Shown here: positions 26,830 to 37,749 of the stretch, in pieces | Layout: each line of letters starts with the position of its first letter | How positions within the stretch are numbered: the first letter of the stretch is position 1 | Origin: a virus | DNA: 64,000 bases | Reading direction: 5' to 3' (one strand) | Virus record (IMG/VR): IMGVR_UViG_3300027779_000019 | Span: 13,680-77,679 of that record | Program-made: the position numbers and the translations under genes | Notes under the pieces: generated by a model | What the model was told of the DNA's origin: nothing | The model's database searches: none | Seen by the model: only the letters and a program-made list of their open reading frames with translations

Positions 26830-27810
26830 CTACCATTGATGATTCCAGTACCATCCCCATGAATCTCTTCTGCCGTATCGAACATAAGAGTCTCGCGCCT
26901 CTTCTGGTCCCGCATTAGTTTTGCGCATTTGTCTTGATAGCCCATGAACCCAAGGAAACCATGTATATTTCTGGGTCTTGAAGTTTTCTATTTTGGTGGT
27001 GGACCTATCTTTTAACCATTTTACATCTACGCTGCCATATGCCCTTCTTATCCCGTACTTGAAATTAGAACCGTCAATGTAATATTTACCTTGCGCAGTT
27101 TTTGTCCGCTCGTCCAGCCATCTTTTGGTTTCGACATGACCATCCGCGAAAGCTAGCGCTGTTCCATCAATGTGGTACTTACCCGGAACGTCCATGTCGT
27201 ATACTTTATGCGTAGGTCCTCCTTCATTCATTACTACCCGAAAGCAGCCAGCATTTATAAATTCAAATGGCATTTCTATAAAAGTAAAAATATTAGAAGG
27301 TTTTTCTATGTCGGCTTGTTTATGGTATATTTTCCATTCTTTATCATTTTCTACTGGCCAGCCAGCCCACCCTCCTACGTGGATATTCATGCTATAGCTC
27401 CTATGACGCGGGAAGATCTGCCTTAACTCACCGGCCTTGTTTGTTATTCTGAGCATGTCCTTGTCTGCTGGGCATTTAAATACTCCAACAGATTTGCCCA
27501 CGTAAGGAAAAAGGGGAGTACTTTCTAGAAATTGTGCTTTATTTAGATATCGAGAAAGATTTAAACTTCCCGGTGCCCATGTATACTTCGAACATTTTTC
27601 ATACTTCCAAGAACTTGAATATAATATTTTGTCACCGTGGTCATCACTAAATATTGTGTGAGCCATTTGTAATTGTTTCTGATTATTTATGCAGGCTACT
27701 CTTTGTGCGATTGATTTCGCTTTGTTGATCGCAGGGAGAAGAAGGGCAACTAAGAGCGCAATGATCCCAATAACAACGAGCAACTCGACTAAAGTAAATC
27801 CTTTTTTCAT
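26830..27810 (-). CDS. prepilin-type N-methylation / H-X9-DG domain protein
   Basis: [15 protein letters not shown]-terminus, C.NN.KQ, F.CP.D, RSYSMN, H.DG..LAFADGH. Confidence 0.9.
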   Translation of the reverse strand: MKKGFTLVELLVVIGIIALLVALLLPAINKAKSIAQRVACINNQKQLQMAHTIFSDDHGDKILYSSSWKYEKCSKYTWAPGSLNLSRYLNKAQFLESTPLFPYVGKSVGVFKCPADKDMLRITNKAGELRQIFPRHRSYSMNIHVGGWAGWPVENDKEWKIYHKQADIEKPSNIFTFIEMPFEFINAGCFRVVMNEGGPTHKVYDMDVPGKYHIDGTALAFADGHVETKRWLDERTKTAQGKYYIDGSNFKYGIRRAYGSVDVKWLKDRSTTKIENFKTQKYTWFPWVHGLSRQMRKTNAGPEEARDSYVRYGRRDSWGWYWNHQW

Positions 27811-28757
27811 CAATAAGGGTTCCAAGTTGGATGGCTACCCCAACTGTCATTCCAATACCAACCCCACGAAGCGGACACCTTACCATCTATAGTGCGGTGA
27901 TTCCCGTCCCTATTGTATCTACCTATACCTCCCATAACTCCATACCATCTATGATTGTTGGGGTCTGGGACAATTGCTCTTGCCCTTAGCCATGCAAGAT
28001 CGCGATTATTTGGACTTACTATTTTATCCGTATTAGTCGTTGGATCTGTCGCATCAGATGATATATTTATTGTGTCTTGTTCAAGCCATCGTTTAAATTC
28101 GACGTGCGCGTCCACGAAAGAAACAACAGAGCCGTTGTTGTGATAAACCCCGGGCCAGTCTTGTGAGAAAAAGCTCTCACCACCTTTAAGTGTTGGCGCT
28201 ACTCTAAAGTTTCCAGCATTAATAGATTGAGGTGGCATTTCAATAAAAGTAAATAACAGGCTCGAATTATTTACATCGCCATATTCGTGATGAACTTTGT
28301 ACTGGCTATCTGATAACCAAGGCCACCCCGACCAACCACCGACAAAGAGATTTACGCTATAGGAACGTGGCCTATTTATAGTCTTCGCATTAACCGTAAC
28401 AGTGGATCTATCTCCGGGGCAATGATATATGCCCATACCCGCATAAGGCTTTAAGGGAGAAAAGAAGAGAGGCCTATCGGTTTGACCCCATGTACCGTTA
28501 CCACTCATACTGTCAGCAACCCATGCCCACATACCGGTCGGCTCTCCAGCCCAAGCTGAGGCGTAAGGGAACCTATTTTCGTGATCCCCTGCGAACTCCG
28601 AGTAAGCGAGATTAAGTTGGCGTTGGTTATTTATGCACGCGGCTCGCCACCCTGTCTGTTTAGCGGAACTTAATGAAGGGAGTAAAAGGGCCGCTAATAT
28701 CGCAATGATGGCTATCACCACCAGAAGCTCAATTAAAGTAAACCCTTTTCCTTTCAT
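27810..28757 (-). CDS. prepilin-type N-methylation / H-X9-DG domain protein
   Basis: [42 protein letters not shown]....FVDAH. Confidence 0.9.
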   Translation of the reverse strand: MKGKGFTLIELLVVIAIIAILAALLLPSLSSAKQTGWRAACINNQRQLNLAYSEFAGDHENRFPYASAWAGEPTGMWAWVADSMSGNGTWGQTDRPLFFSPLKPYAGMGIYHCPGDRSTVTVNAKTINRPRSYSVNLFVGGWSGWPWLSDSQYKVHHEYGDVNNSSLLFTFIEMPPQSINAGNFRVAPTLKGGESFFSQDWPGVYHNNGSVVSFVDAHVEFKRWLEQDTINISSDATDPTTNTDKIVSPNNRDLAWLRARAIVPDPNNHRWYGVMGGIGRYNRDGNHRTIDGKVSASWGWYWNDSWGSHPTWNPY

Positions 28758-29188
28758 TTTTTTAATCCAGTATTTTTTTCTATTTCGGGATGCTCTTTCA
28801 TTTTGTCCCTTATAGCTTTTTGCTCTTCGAATCCTTGTTCTCCGCCTTTCATTAAATAAGGGAAGCCTCCATTCAGAGGTAGTTTCTTTTCTATAACTAG
28901 CAATTTCAATCTGTCATTGGGCACGATCATTTTGGTCCCGCGATCTGTCATATAGAAAATCGTTTTTAAAAATCCGACCCTCACTATTCTAGCTTGTCGT
29001 CCACTTATGTACAAAACGTCATCATTGCAGAAGTCTTTTCCAATGCATATTATAAGCCCTTCCGCGGACTTATGTATTGCGTCTTTAAACAAGAGTCCAA
29101 CGAAAGCTACTAAAATGAACCATCCGTAGGTTCCCATGGCCCATTCTACTTGGTTTTGGAATTCTGGCGTTACTAATTGACTTTCCAT
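28754..29188 (-). CDS. MscS beta-domain-like small membrane protein
   Basis: transmembrane helix, F...D...I.G....IV..G...T.......VPN pattern. Confidence 0.55.
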   Translation of the reverse strand: MESQLVTPEFQNQVEWAMGTYGWFILVAFVGLLFKDAIHKSAEGLIICIGKDFCNDDVLYISGRQARIVRVGFLKTIFYMTDRGTKMIVPNDRLKLLVIEKKLPLNGGFPYLMKGGEQGFEEQKAIRDKMKEHPEIEKNTGLKK

Positions 29189-29241
29189 TTTTATTCATTA
29201 CAGATTACACTACTAAAGGCATATTAGTGTAATAGCTTGTA

Positions 29242-30000
29242 ATGCCTAAGGTAAAGCGTTTCGACAGCTTGGTCTTTGATGGGGAGAATGACGTTAGGAT
29301 CCTTCAAAGAGAATCTATAAGACACAGGGACAAAATACGAATTAGAGATTTTAATTGGACCAAAAAACAAAAACAATTTATAGACTTAGCTTCCTCTAAG
29401 GACACTAAAATAATATTGGTAAAAGGCCCAGCAGGATCATCAAAAACTCTTATTTCTGTATATTCAGCACTACATTTGCTAAATGACGCCAAAGTCTCGG
29501 AAATTATATATCTGAGATCAGCCGTAGAAAGCTCTGACGCTAGACTAGGGTTTCTTCCGGGAGACGCAGACCAAAAGCTTCATTTTTTTAATTTGCCGTT
29601 TATGCATAAAATGGAAGAGTTGGTAAATGAGTCGGACAGCAAAAAACTCCAAAAAGACGAACATATAAGTTGCTATCCGGTAAATTTCTCCAGAGGGATG
29701 AGCTGGGATGGAAAATGCATGATCCTAGACGAAGCTCAAAATAGCTCAATGCGAGAAATCGTTACCGTTCTAACTAGGCTAGGCGTAGGATCCAAATGCT
29801 TCGTATTAGCAGACCCAAACCAAACCGATCTTAAAAATGGCTCTAGAGGAGGTTTCAACAAAATCTACGAGGCCTTGGGCGACGAAAAAAGTAAAGATAA
29901 CGGTATTTTTACTTTTGAGTTCTCGGAAGAAGATATAGTTAGGTCAGATTTAGTTAGGTTTTTGGTCGGAAAACTCAGTACTATAATTAGTGGCCAATAG
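29242..30000 (+). CDS. phoH: PhoH-like ATPase
   Basis: GPAGSSKT, R.AVE....LGFLPG, RG, ILDEAQN, LTR.G, Q.D and DIVRS motifs. Confidence 0.9.
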   Translation: MPKVKRFDSLVFDGENDVRILQRESIRHRDKIRIRDFNWTKKQKQFIDLASSKDTKIILVKGPAGSSKTLISVYSALHLLNDAKVSEIIYLRSAVESSDARLGFLPGDADQKLHFFNLPFMHKMEELVNESDSKKLQKDEHISCYPVNFSRGMSWDGKCMILDEAQNSSMREIVTVLTRLGVGSKCFVLADPNQTDLKNGSRGGFNKIYEALGDEKSKDNGIFTFEFSEEDIVRSDLVRFLVGKLSTIISGQ

Positions 30001-30784
30001 ATATTTTTCACAGAAAAAAAGCGAATCGAAGATTGTCTTCGAATTGTTAAGGACTAAACGCAAGAGTCTTTTGGAGAAGCTTAATGAGTTGGATTTTTCG
30101 GAAAAAGCTTGTATTAGCGACGTGGTTTCCAAATTTAGAGAAGAAGGTCTAGACAGGTTAGCGGCAAATTTCGAAAAATTCCATAAAAAAAACGTGAAAT
30201 CCCCTATCTTCTGGAACAATCCGGAAATAAACGAAAGAGGATGTTGGACATCTCGTGCGAAACAGGAATTTGACGAAACGTTATGCGGCAAGCTAGTGAA
30301 TTTTTTTAAAGAAGAGGGGCCCGTGACCGTTTGCGACTTGGGGTGTGGATGCGAGGGGTACTACACTTTGGCGATGTTAAAAGCGGGAGTCAACTGCAAG
30401 GGGTTTGACGGCAACCCGCTTACAGCGGAAATCACAAATAATATTTGCAAAGTGAGGGATTTGACTGAAGATTATAATGACGTTTATGATTGGGCTTTAT
30501 GCTTGGAGGTCGGAGAACATATACCGAAAGAATATGAGAAGGTTTTTATAGAAAATCTTCACCGAAGTAATAAAATGGGAATTATACTTTCTTGGGCTGT
30601 TGAGGGGCAAGGGGGGAAAGGTCATGTGAACGAGCGAAATAACGAATACATCAAAAAGATTTTTTCTGATTTGGGCTACCTGAACGACGTAGTGACGGAG
30701 AAGCGCTTTAGGAAAGACTGCGACCACCCTTGGTTTAAGAACACGACGATGGTCTTCAGGAACTTAAAGAATAACTTAATTTAG
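29990..30784 (+). CDS. class I SAM-dependent methyltransferase
   Basis: DLGCG, GFDG, CLEVGEHIP and WA..GQGG.GHVN motifs. Confidence 0.8.
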   Translation: MANRYFSQKKSESKIVFELLRTKRKSLLEKLNELDFSEKACISDVVSKFREEGLDRLAANFEKFHKKNVKSPIFWNNPEINERGCWTSRAKQEFDETLCGKLVNFFKEEGPVTVCDLGCGCEGYYTLAMLKAGVNCKGFDGNPLTAEITNNICKVRDLTEDYNDVYDWALCLEVGEHIPKEYEKVFIENLHRSNKMGIILSWAVEGQGGKGHVNERNNEYIKKIFSDLGYLNDVVTEKRFRKDCDHPWFKNTTMVFRNLKNNLI

Positions 30785-30805
30785 TGTATACACCGTAATA
30801 ATAAA

Positions 30806-31192
30806 ATGAAAATATATTGTCCAAAATGCGGATCAGGATCCAATTACAACATGACTAAGCCCAAGTTCTGTCAGGGGTGCGGCAAGTCCTTTTTAAACGT
30901 AGAGTCAAATAGCGCAGTAAAGAAACAAAAAACAGTAACAAAGATAGAGGCACAGATAGCTCCTAAAATCGAGAAAGAAACTATCCCTAAAAATATAAAT
31001 AAATTAGAATTCGACACTGTTGGAACGCTACAAGTAAAAGGATCTGCGCTAGGTCAATTAGTGGGAACGTCTGAAGATACCGCAGTCTTCGGGGATAGGC
31101 AACAATCAACGGAACCCAACTTTAGCAGGGAGGAGTTTCTGGAGCAGTTCAAAAAAGAAGCTGGAACTAGCCGTCCTCCAACAGATGGCTAA
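30806..31192 (+). CDS. zinc-ribbon protein
   Basis: YCPKCG...PKFCQGCG. Confidence 0.65.
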   Translation: MKIYCPKCGSGSNYNMTKPKFCQGCGKSFLNVESNSAVKKQKTVTKIEAQIAPKIEKETIPKNINKLEFDTVGTLQVKGSALGQLVGTSEDTAVFGDRQQSTEPNFSREEFLEQFKKEAGTSRPPTDG

Positions 31193-31877
31193 CAATAGAA
31201 AGACACCTAAAAAATCTTTTGAGTCGAGAATAAAGGAGATAGACTCTGAGATTCAAAAAAGAAGAAGCAGGTGGAGGTTATCCTCCCTGTCTTGGATGGA
31301 TTTTGACGATATATCTCAAATACTGAGAATCCATATTTTTAAAAAATGGCATCTATACGACGATAGCAAACCGTTGGGTCCTTGGCTAAATAGGATAATA
31401 TCTAATCAGATAAAAAATCTAGTAAGGAATAATTACGGAAATTACGCTAGGCCTTGCTTGAAATGCGCTGCTGCTGAATCGGATAGTTTGTGCACTATAT
31501 ACGGAACGCAAGGCCCTGAATGCCCCTTGTATCTAAACTGGGTCAGGACAAAGAAAGCCGCTCATGACCTAAAAATAACCGTACCTATAGAAAATCACTA
31601 TAAAGAAATATACTCTAAGGAAAACGACAACACTTATAGTGAATCGTCCATAGGTAGGATTCATGAAAAAATGAAAGAAGTGTTGAAAACTTTAGAGTGG
31701 AAGGTTTATGATTATTTGTACATACAAGGCTACTCTGAGGAGAAGACCGCTAAACTCATGGGGTACAAGACTACAGAGAAAAATAGGAGCCCCGGCTACA
31801 AGCAAATAAAAAATATCAAAAAATCCATAATAGCCAAAGTAAAAAAATGTCTGAAGAACGACGAGATAGATCTATAG
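31185..31877 (+). CDS. phage sigma70-like factor (probable late sigma)
   Basis: region 2-like DFDDI.Q......KKW..YD...P..PWL.RII.N.IKN and a C-terminal HTH (L...E..VY...Y..G.S....A..MG). Confidence 0.7.
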   Translation: MANNRKTPKKSFESRIKEIDSEIQKRRSRWRLSSLSWMDFDDISQILRIHIFKKWHLYDDSKPLGPWLNRIISNQIKNLVRNNYGNYARPCLKCAAAESDSLCTIYGTQGPECPLYLNWVRTKKAAHDLKITVPIENHYKEIYSKENDNTYSESSIGRIHEKMKEVLKTLEWKVYDYLYIQGYSEEKTAKLMGYKTTEKNRSPGYKQIKNIKKSIIAKVKKCLKNDEIDL

Positions 31878-32986
31878 TCCACGAGGAACTATTAAACGAA
31901 GACCACAAAAGAAAGGCCTTAGACGAATGGAATAGTCGCCCAGAGGACCCGCCGTCCCAGCAAGAGATTATAGATTGTACTGGCTATAGGAGTCCTGACG
32001 GAACGATACCGGACGGGAGGAGTAAGTTCGGCCGACAAATGAAAGCCTTTATGGCTAGTAAGGAATGCAAACCTAAAGGAGCTCATGAACACAGGATAAA
32101 AGGGCCTGTTGACTTAACTGAAGAGCATAGAGCGTACTTAGACGGTAACCGAGCATTAATGACGGGCTTTGAGATGGCTAAGATATTATTCGGAAATCTT
32201 ATAAGCCCCCTAAGTCGGGAGACCCTTACCGTTAATGAGTACCTAGCTTCTCAAGGGCAGACTCGACAGCGGCCCGCTCAGGTTAGTCAAAGAGAGGGTC
32301 AAAGGGTTGAGTATAGAGCCCCTAGGTCTCTTGATAAAATACTACAAAGGTATAATAAATATTTTCATCTACATCCATTAAATAAAGAGTCCATGCTTTC
32401 GAGAGAAAGAAAGAACTTGGAGGTTTTGATGAAATACATGAATACCTACAGGTTCTCACACCAGATGGGTACTTACGCCTCTGTGACTGATAGAGAGTTG
32501 TTCGAGAGTAGTTTCATTAGATACACAAACGATAAGAACGACCTAACCCAAGAAGAGGTTGATCAATATATAGTTTTATGTATAGAGGTAGTCATAGCTT
32601 CGAATATTCAGATGAGAGTTGAGAGGCTTCAAAATATGCTAGACGATACGGCTGACGACACAGAAGGAAGGAGAATATCCATGGGGCTAGTCGAAGCAGT
32701 CAGCTCCAGACAGTCTGAATATAATCAATGCGTAAACAGGCAGCAAAAACTTTTAGAAAGCCTAAAGGAAAAAAGAAGCGCAAGGCTAAGTAAGGAAATT
32801 AAAGAAAGCGCAAGTATATTAAACCTAGTACAACTATGGAAAGACGAAGAGAGTAGAAAGAAACTCATAAAGCTTGCGGAATTAAGAAAAAGCGTTTTAA
32901 AGGATGAGGTGGAGAATTTAAGCACTATGGACGAAGTAAAATCTAGGATACTCGGCTTGTCGGAAGAGGAGGTTTTAAATGGTTAA
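31847..32986 (+). CDS. hypothetical protein (possible terminase small subunit)
   Basis: helical/coiled-coil protein upstream of the terminase; call is positional only. Confidence 0.35.
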   Translation: MSEERRDRSIVHEELLNEDHKRKALDEWNSRPEDPPSQQEIIDCTGYRSPDGTIPDGRSKFGRQMKAFMASKECKPKGAHEHRIKGPVDLTEEHRAYLDGNRALMTGFEMAKILFGNLISPLSRETLTVNEYLASQGQTRQRPAQVSQREGQRVEYRAPRSLDKILQRYNKYFHLHPLNKESMLSRERKNLEVLMKYMNTYRFSHQMGTYASVTDRELFESSFIRYTNDKNDLTQEEVDQYIVLCIEVVIASNIQMRVERLQNMLDDTADDTEGRRISMGLVEAVSSRQSEYNQCVNRQQKLLESLKEKRSARLSKEIKESASILNLVQLWKDEESRKKLIKLAELRKSVLKDEVENLSTMDEVKSRILGLSEEEVLNG

Positions 32987-33920
32987 TTGTGTAGTTTGCG
33001 AGAAGGGGTTTAAGGAAGATAAGAACCTACACGCTCACCTCAAAGCTCATGGTTTGAGAATGGCTGAGTATTATCAAAAATATTTCCCACGTAAAGATTT
33101 ACATACCGGAGATATAATAAAGTTCAAAAGCAAGGAGTACTATTTTTCTACTGATTTCAATTCCAGAATAAGCATGAAAAAGTGGTTAAGCGCGCAACCA
33201 AAAAATAAAGCGAGAGAATACGTAAAAGAAATATTATCCAAAAGAATAGAAAGAAAGAACTTAAAATGTACGCCGAGTCAGGTAGAGTTAAGGACGGTCA
33301 TGAGTCCCCCCATACAGTACTTTAATGAATTGTTCGGGGATTATTACGGCATATGCAAAGAGGTTGGGTTAAAGTCTAGATTTAACGGTTACCCTAATGA
33401 GGGTAGCTTTTCTTTAACTGACTACTCCGATCAGAAAGACTTAGAAATACTAATGGATACAAGAGAGCAGTTTCCATTCAAGTTGGATTATCCATTTCAA
33501 ATTAAAGCTTTAAAATTCGGAGACTACACGTTGAGCGACGAGGAAGTGTGCTGCGGCTGCTATATAGAGAGGAAGTCTATAAAGGATTTTGTAGGGACGC
33601 TAAGCGGTGGGTTAGAAAGGTTTAGAAGAGAAATAGAAAGGGCGAACGAAAACGAAGCTTACTTAGTGGTTCTAGTGGAAAGCCCCATAAGTAAATGCAT
33701 GGCTTTCGATAGACTGCCCTATGTGAGCAAAAAGATAAGAGCAACTCCGGAATATATATTCAGAAACGTTAGGGATATCTGTCAGGATTATGATCATGTC
33801 CAGTTTCTGTTTGTCGACGGCAGAAAAGAAGCTGTCAGAGTCATGAAGAAGATATTTTTCTGTGGGTGCGTATATAAGGATTACGACCTACAACTAGCTT
33901 ACGACCTGAAGGTTTTATAA
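32979..33920 (+). CDS. ERCC4-domain nuclease with an N-terminal C2H2 finger
   Basis: C..C...H...H; DTREQ, GDY and IERKS..DF motifs. Confidence 0.8.
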   Translation: MVNCVVCEKGFKEDKNLHAHLKAHGLRMAEYYQKYFPRKDLHTGDIIKFKSKEYYFSTDFNSRISMKKWLSAQPKNKAREYVKEILSKRIERKNLKCTPSQVELRTVMSPPIQYFNELFGDYYGICKEVGLKSRFNGYPNEGSFSLTDYSDQKDLEILMDTREQFPFKLDYPFQIKALKFGDYTLSDEEVCCGCYIERKSIKDFVGTLSGGLERFRREIERANENEAYLVVLVESPISKCMAFDRLPYVSKKIRATPEYIFRNVRDICQDYDHVQFLFVDGRKEAVRVMKKIFFCGCVYKDYDLQLAYDLKVL

Positions 33921-35743
33921 TGTGGCATTGTCCCGATAAATACAAAGATCCCGTAGTAAACATAAACAAGGAGATTCTTGAGTTAGGCGGCGAGCTAGAA
34001 GACAAGCAAGCGAAAATAACTTTAGCTAAATTCCTAAGGTCCAACTTGGGCGTAACAACAGAGTTGATATCCGGGATCAAATTAGCACCTTTCCAAGAGA
34101 TAACTCTCAAGGCATTTTTCAATAGGAATTTCAGTATGTGCGTCTGGGGTCGAGGTTGTGGCAAAACCTTTATAGCCGCTATTTATTGTTTTCTGCAGTG
34201 TATTTTTGAACCGCGAACAAAAATACTGATTGCTGGCCCTACTTTTCGTACAGCTAGATTTATCTTTAACAATCTAGAAACTATAGTAGAATCGAAAGGG
34301 GCTCAGCTGTTAGCTCAAGCTTTTGGGGCGAGATCAAAAAGGAACGACCAATACGAATGGAAAATAAACGGCGGCAGCATAACCGCTATACCTTTAAGTG
34401 GAGAAAAGATAAGGGGCTTCAGGGCTAATATATTGGTATTGGACGAGTTTCTATTATTGCCGGAAGAAATAATTAGAAATGTTTTGATGCCTTTCTTAGT
34501 GGCTCCTCAGGACATAGCGGAAAGAATAAAAATTAGGGAAATAGAAGACGAACTTATAAAAAAAGGAAAAATGACAGAAAGCCAAAAAATGGTTTTCGAA
34601 AACAACTCAAAAATGATAGCCCTTTCTTCCGCGTCTTATACTTTTGAAAACCTATATAAGGTATACAAGGAATGGTCCGAGAGGATAAATTCAAAAGAAT
34701 CAGGGGAATCTAAATATTTCATTTCCCAAATGGGGTACGAATCTTTGCCAAAAGAAATGATAGATAGTACTATTATTGAAGAGGCTCAGTCAGACTCCTC
34801 TTCGCTATCTTCATTCCAAAGGGAGTATTGCGCTCAGTTTACGGATGGTAGCGATAGTTACTTTAGCGCAAGAAAAATGCACGAATGCACTATACCAAAC
34901 GGGGAAGAGCCAAGCATGAAGATTATTGGTACGTCTGGATCCAAATATATTTTAGGCATTGATCCTAGTTTTAGCAATAGCCCTACTTCTGATTATTTCG
35001 CGATGTCCGTTATGGAAATCGACGACGAATCGAAACAAGGCACTTTGGTCCATTGTTATGCGGTAGCTGGTGGCAACTTAAAGGACCATATTAATTATCT
35101 TTTTTATCTAATTCAAAATTTCGATATTATCATGGTCATCATCGATAACGCTGGTTATCAATTTATAGATAGCGCTAATGAATCCGAGAAGTTCCTGAAA
35201 GCTAATATAAATTTAAAGTTTTTTGATTTCAATACAGACAAAGAAGGAGAGGAGTACAACAAGGAGATTAAGAGGGCTAGAAGAGGCTACAACCTGCAAG
35301 AAAAGAAAATTTGCATCAAGCAGTTGTTTTCTACCAGCTTTATAAGAAGAGCTAACGAACAGTTACAGGCAGATATAGACCATAAAAGAATATGGTTTGG
35401 CTCTAAGGTTACCGCTGATGGGGCAATTTTTAATAAAGTCTCCGAACAAAGAGTTCCCCTCAAGGCGACCAATCACGAAACTATACTAGATCTTATCGAA
35501 TTCCAAGACGACTTTGTATACCAAACAAAAAAACAATGTTCTCTAATAGAGGTCAAAACCACATCTAAGGGAACCCAAAGTTTCGATCTGCCTCAACATC
35601 TAAGGAGAAGCACGTCCCCTAACAAGGCTAGAAAAGACAACTATACTACTCTTATGTTGGGAAATTGGGCGGTAAAAAGGTATTATGACATGATGAATGT
35701 AGAAGAGGAAACGGAAACTACTTTTTCCCCTATATTAATTTAA
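33920..35743 (+). CDS. terL: terminase large subunit
   Basis: GRGCGKT Walker A, IRG.RA...LDE Walker B, F.REY.A.F, LGIDP and RKD nuclease motifs. Confidence 0.9.
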   Translation: MWHCPDKYKDPVVNINKEILELGGELEDKQAKITLAKFLRSNLGVTTELISGIKLAPFQEITLKAFFNRNFSMCVWGRGCGKTFIAAIYCFLQCIFEPRTKILIAGPTFRTARFIFNNLETIVESKGAQLLAQAFGARSKRNDQYEWKINGGSITAIPLSGEKIRGFRANILVLDEFLLLPEEIIRNVLMPFLVAPQDIAERIKIREIEDELIKKGKMTESQKMVFENNSKMIALSSASYTFENLYKVYKEWSERINSKESGESKYFISQMGYESLPKEMIDSTIIEEAQSDSSSLSSFQREYCAQFTDGSDSYFSARKMHECTIPNGEEPSMKIIGTSGSKYILGIDPSFSNSPTSDYFAMSVMEIDDESKQGTLVHCYAVAGGNLKDHINYLFYLIQNFDIIMVIIDNAGYQFIDSANESEKFLKANINLKFFDFNTDKEGEEYNKEIKRARRGYNLQEKKICIKQLFSTSFIRRANEQLQADIDHKRIWFGSKVTADGAIFNKVSEQRVPLKATNHETILDLIEFQDDFVYQTKKQCSLIEVKTTSKGTQSFDLPQHLRRSTSPNKARKDNYTTLMLGNWAVKRYYDMMNVEEETETTFSPILI

Positions 35744-35795
35744 TAACTAAATTTTAAGGTGAATATAACTTTAAACGTGTAATTTTAACTAAGAT

Positions 35796-37748
35796 ATGGC
35801 AGCCCCGAGAAAGAAGCAAGTCGATAGTTCTGCTAAGCCCTTAATGGCCGCTTATGGAGGAAAGGAGTCTATTGCGGTGCAAGCTACCCGCACAAGAAGG
35901 AATAAATCCGGAAGCATAGAAAGGACGGATAGGTTTGAGAATATCAATGACGGACTTTCTCCTTTTAAGTATACTAGCAGCGGAGCGTACAATACAAGCA
36001 ACTTAGACGTAAGGGACGCTGTCATTTTATGCCAAAAGGCTTATTATAATTTTTCAATATTTAGAAATACTATAGATTTGATGACGGAGTTTTCCGTTAG
36101 TGACTTGTACTTTTCTGGAGGCAGCAAGAAATCTAGGGATTTTTTCACACATTTCTTTAAAAAAATAAACATTAGCTCTTTACTGGATAAGTTCTTCAGG
36201 GAGTATTACCGTTCAGGTAACGTCTTTATTTATAGGTTTGATGCGGCCATAACTCCGGCAGATTTTACTAAGATATCTCAAACGTTTGGAACCGGCGACT
36301 ACCTAAATGAATCTGAGAAAATAACTATACCTTCTAGGTATTGCATACTTAATCCGGCAGATATCCAACTAGGAGGCAATATATCTTTCACTTCTGGAAA
36401 ATACTACAAGCTGCTTTCAGATTATGAATTGGAAAGACTTAGGAATCCGAAAACGGAAGAAGATACAGAAGTCTTAGAGAATTTATCCAAAGAAATACAA
36501 GAACAAATTGCTAATCCAAAAAATACGTCTATAGTTTTACCGCTAAATTCAGACAAAATAACAGCTCTATTCTATAAGAAGCAGGACTACGAACCATTCG
36601 CTGTTCCCATGGGCTACCCAGTTCTAGAAGATATAAACTGGAAACAGGAAATGAAAAAAATGGATATGGCCATAACAAGAACAACCCAACAAGTTGTCCT
36701 TCTCGTGACAATGGGCACCGACCCAGATAAGGGTGGGGTCAGCCAAAAGAATCTTGAAGCTATGAGGACCTTATTTGAGAATCAATCAGTAGGAAGGGTC
36801 CTTATCGCCGACTATACGACTAAGGCTGAATTTGTAGTTCCGAATATAGCTAGTATACTCGACCCTAAAAAATACGAAGTAGTTAACAGGGACATACAAC
36901 TAGGGCTAAATAATATCCTGATAAGCGGGGACGAGAAGTTCGCTAACGCTCAAATTAAGACTCAGGTATTCGTGGAGAGACTGAAGCAGGGTAGGGATTT
37001 ATTTATTAACGAGTTTCTTTTGCCGGAAATCAAAAGAATGTCTAAGTCTTTAGGTTTTAAGAATTACCCGACGCCTAATTTTAACGACATAGAGCTTAAG
37101 GACGATAATACATATTCAAGAGTTTATACTAGGTTGATAGAGCTAGGTATACTTACTCCAGAAGAAGGTATCGAGGCTATTAACACAGGCAGACTGCCGA
37201 CAAGTGAAGAGTCTCAAGAAAGCCAAAAAGGCTATAGGGGGCTAAGAGACAAGGGTTTATACGAGCCAATTATGGGGGGGCCTAGTACCCAAAAAGAAAT
37301 GTCGGAAAACAAAGAGAGCTCCCCAGCAAGTGGTAGTCCTACCGTTTCTAATCCTAATGAATCGCAAACGGGAAGGCCACCGGGGACTAAGGGAGTACCT
37401 CAAGAAACAAAAAAGGTTTCCCCGATAGGGGCGTCTATGCAATTCAGCCTCTCTAGAGTAAAAGATAATTTGATACTAGCCCAAGAGCTAGTTACTGAAG
37501 TAGAGTCGTCCTTAAGGAAGCTCCACAAAAAGAGAAAACTAAGCCAACTACAGAAGGACGTAGCGGTGGAAATAGCTTCCGTCATTATAGCTAACGAAGA
37601 TCCCGAAAATTGGAAACCGAAAACGAACGAATATTGTCAGAGTCCAGTAGACACAAACATGGACAGAATAAAAGACATAAGAGAAATAGCTTTCGAACAC
37701 CAAGTAGATGACTACTTAGCTTCTATCTTGTACAACAGCAAAAAATAA
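35796..37748 (+). CDS. portal protein
   Basis: 650 aa immediately after terL; RN.IDLM.EF and EYY..GNVF patterns. Confidence 0.7.
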   Translation: MAAPRKKQVDSSAKPLMAAYGGKESIAVQATRTRRNKSGSIERTDRFENINDGLSPFKYTSSGAYNTSNLDVRDAVILCQKAYYNFSIFRNTIDLMTEFSVSDLYFSGGSKKSRDFFTHFFKKINISSLLDKFFREYYRSGNVFIYRFDAAITPADFTKISQTFGTGDYLNESEKITIPSRYCILNPADIQLGGNISFTSGKYYKLLSDYELERLRNPKTEEDTEVLENLSKEIQEQIANPKNTSIVLPLNSDKITALFYKKQDYEPFAVPMGYPVLEDINWKQEMKKMDMAITRTTQQVVLLVTMGTDPDKGGVSQKNLEAMRTLFENQSVGRVLIADYTTKAEFVVPNIASILDPKKYEVVNRDIQLGLNNILISGDEKFANAQIKTQVFVERLKQGRDLFINEFLLPEIKRMSKSLGFKNYPTPNFNDIELKDDNTYSRVYTRLIELGILTPEEGIEAINTGRLPTSEESQESQKGYRGLRDKGLYEPIMGGPSTQKEMSENKESSPASGSPTVSNPNESQTGRPPGTKGVPQETKKVSPIGASMQFSLSRVKDNLILAQELVTEVESSLRKLHKKRKLSQLQKDVAVEIASVIIANEDPENWKPKTNEYCQSPVDTNMDRIKDIREIAFEHQVDDYLASILYNSKK

Positions 37749-37749
37749 A

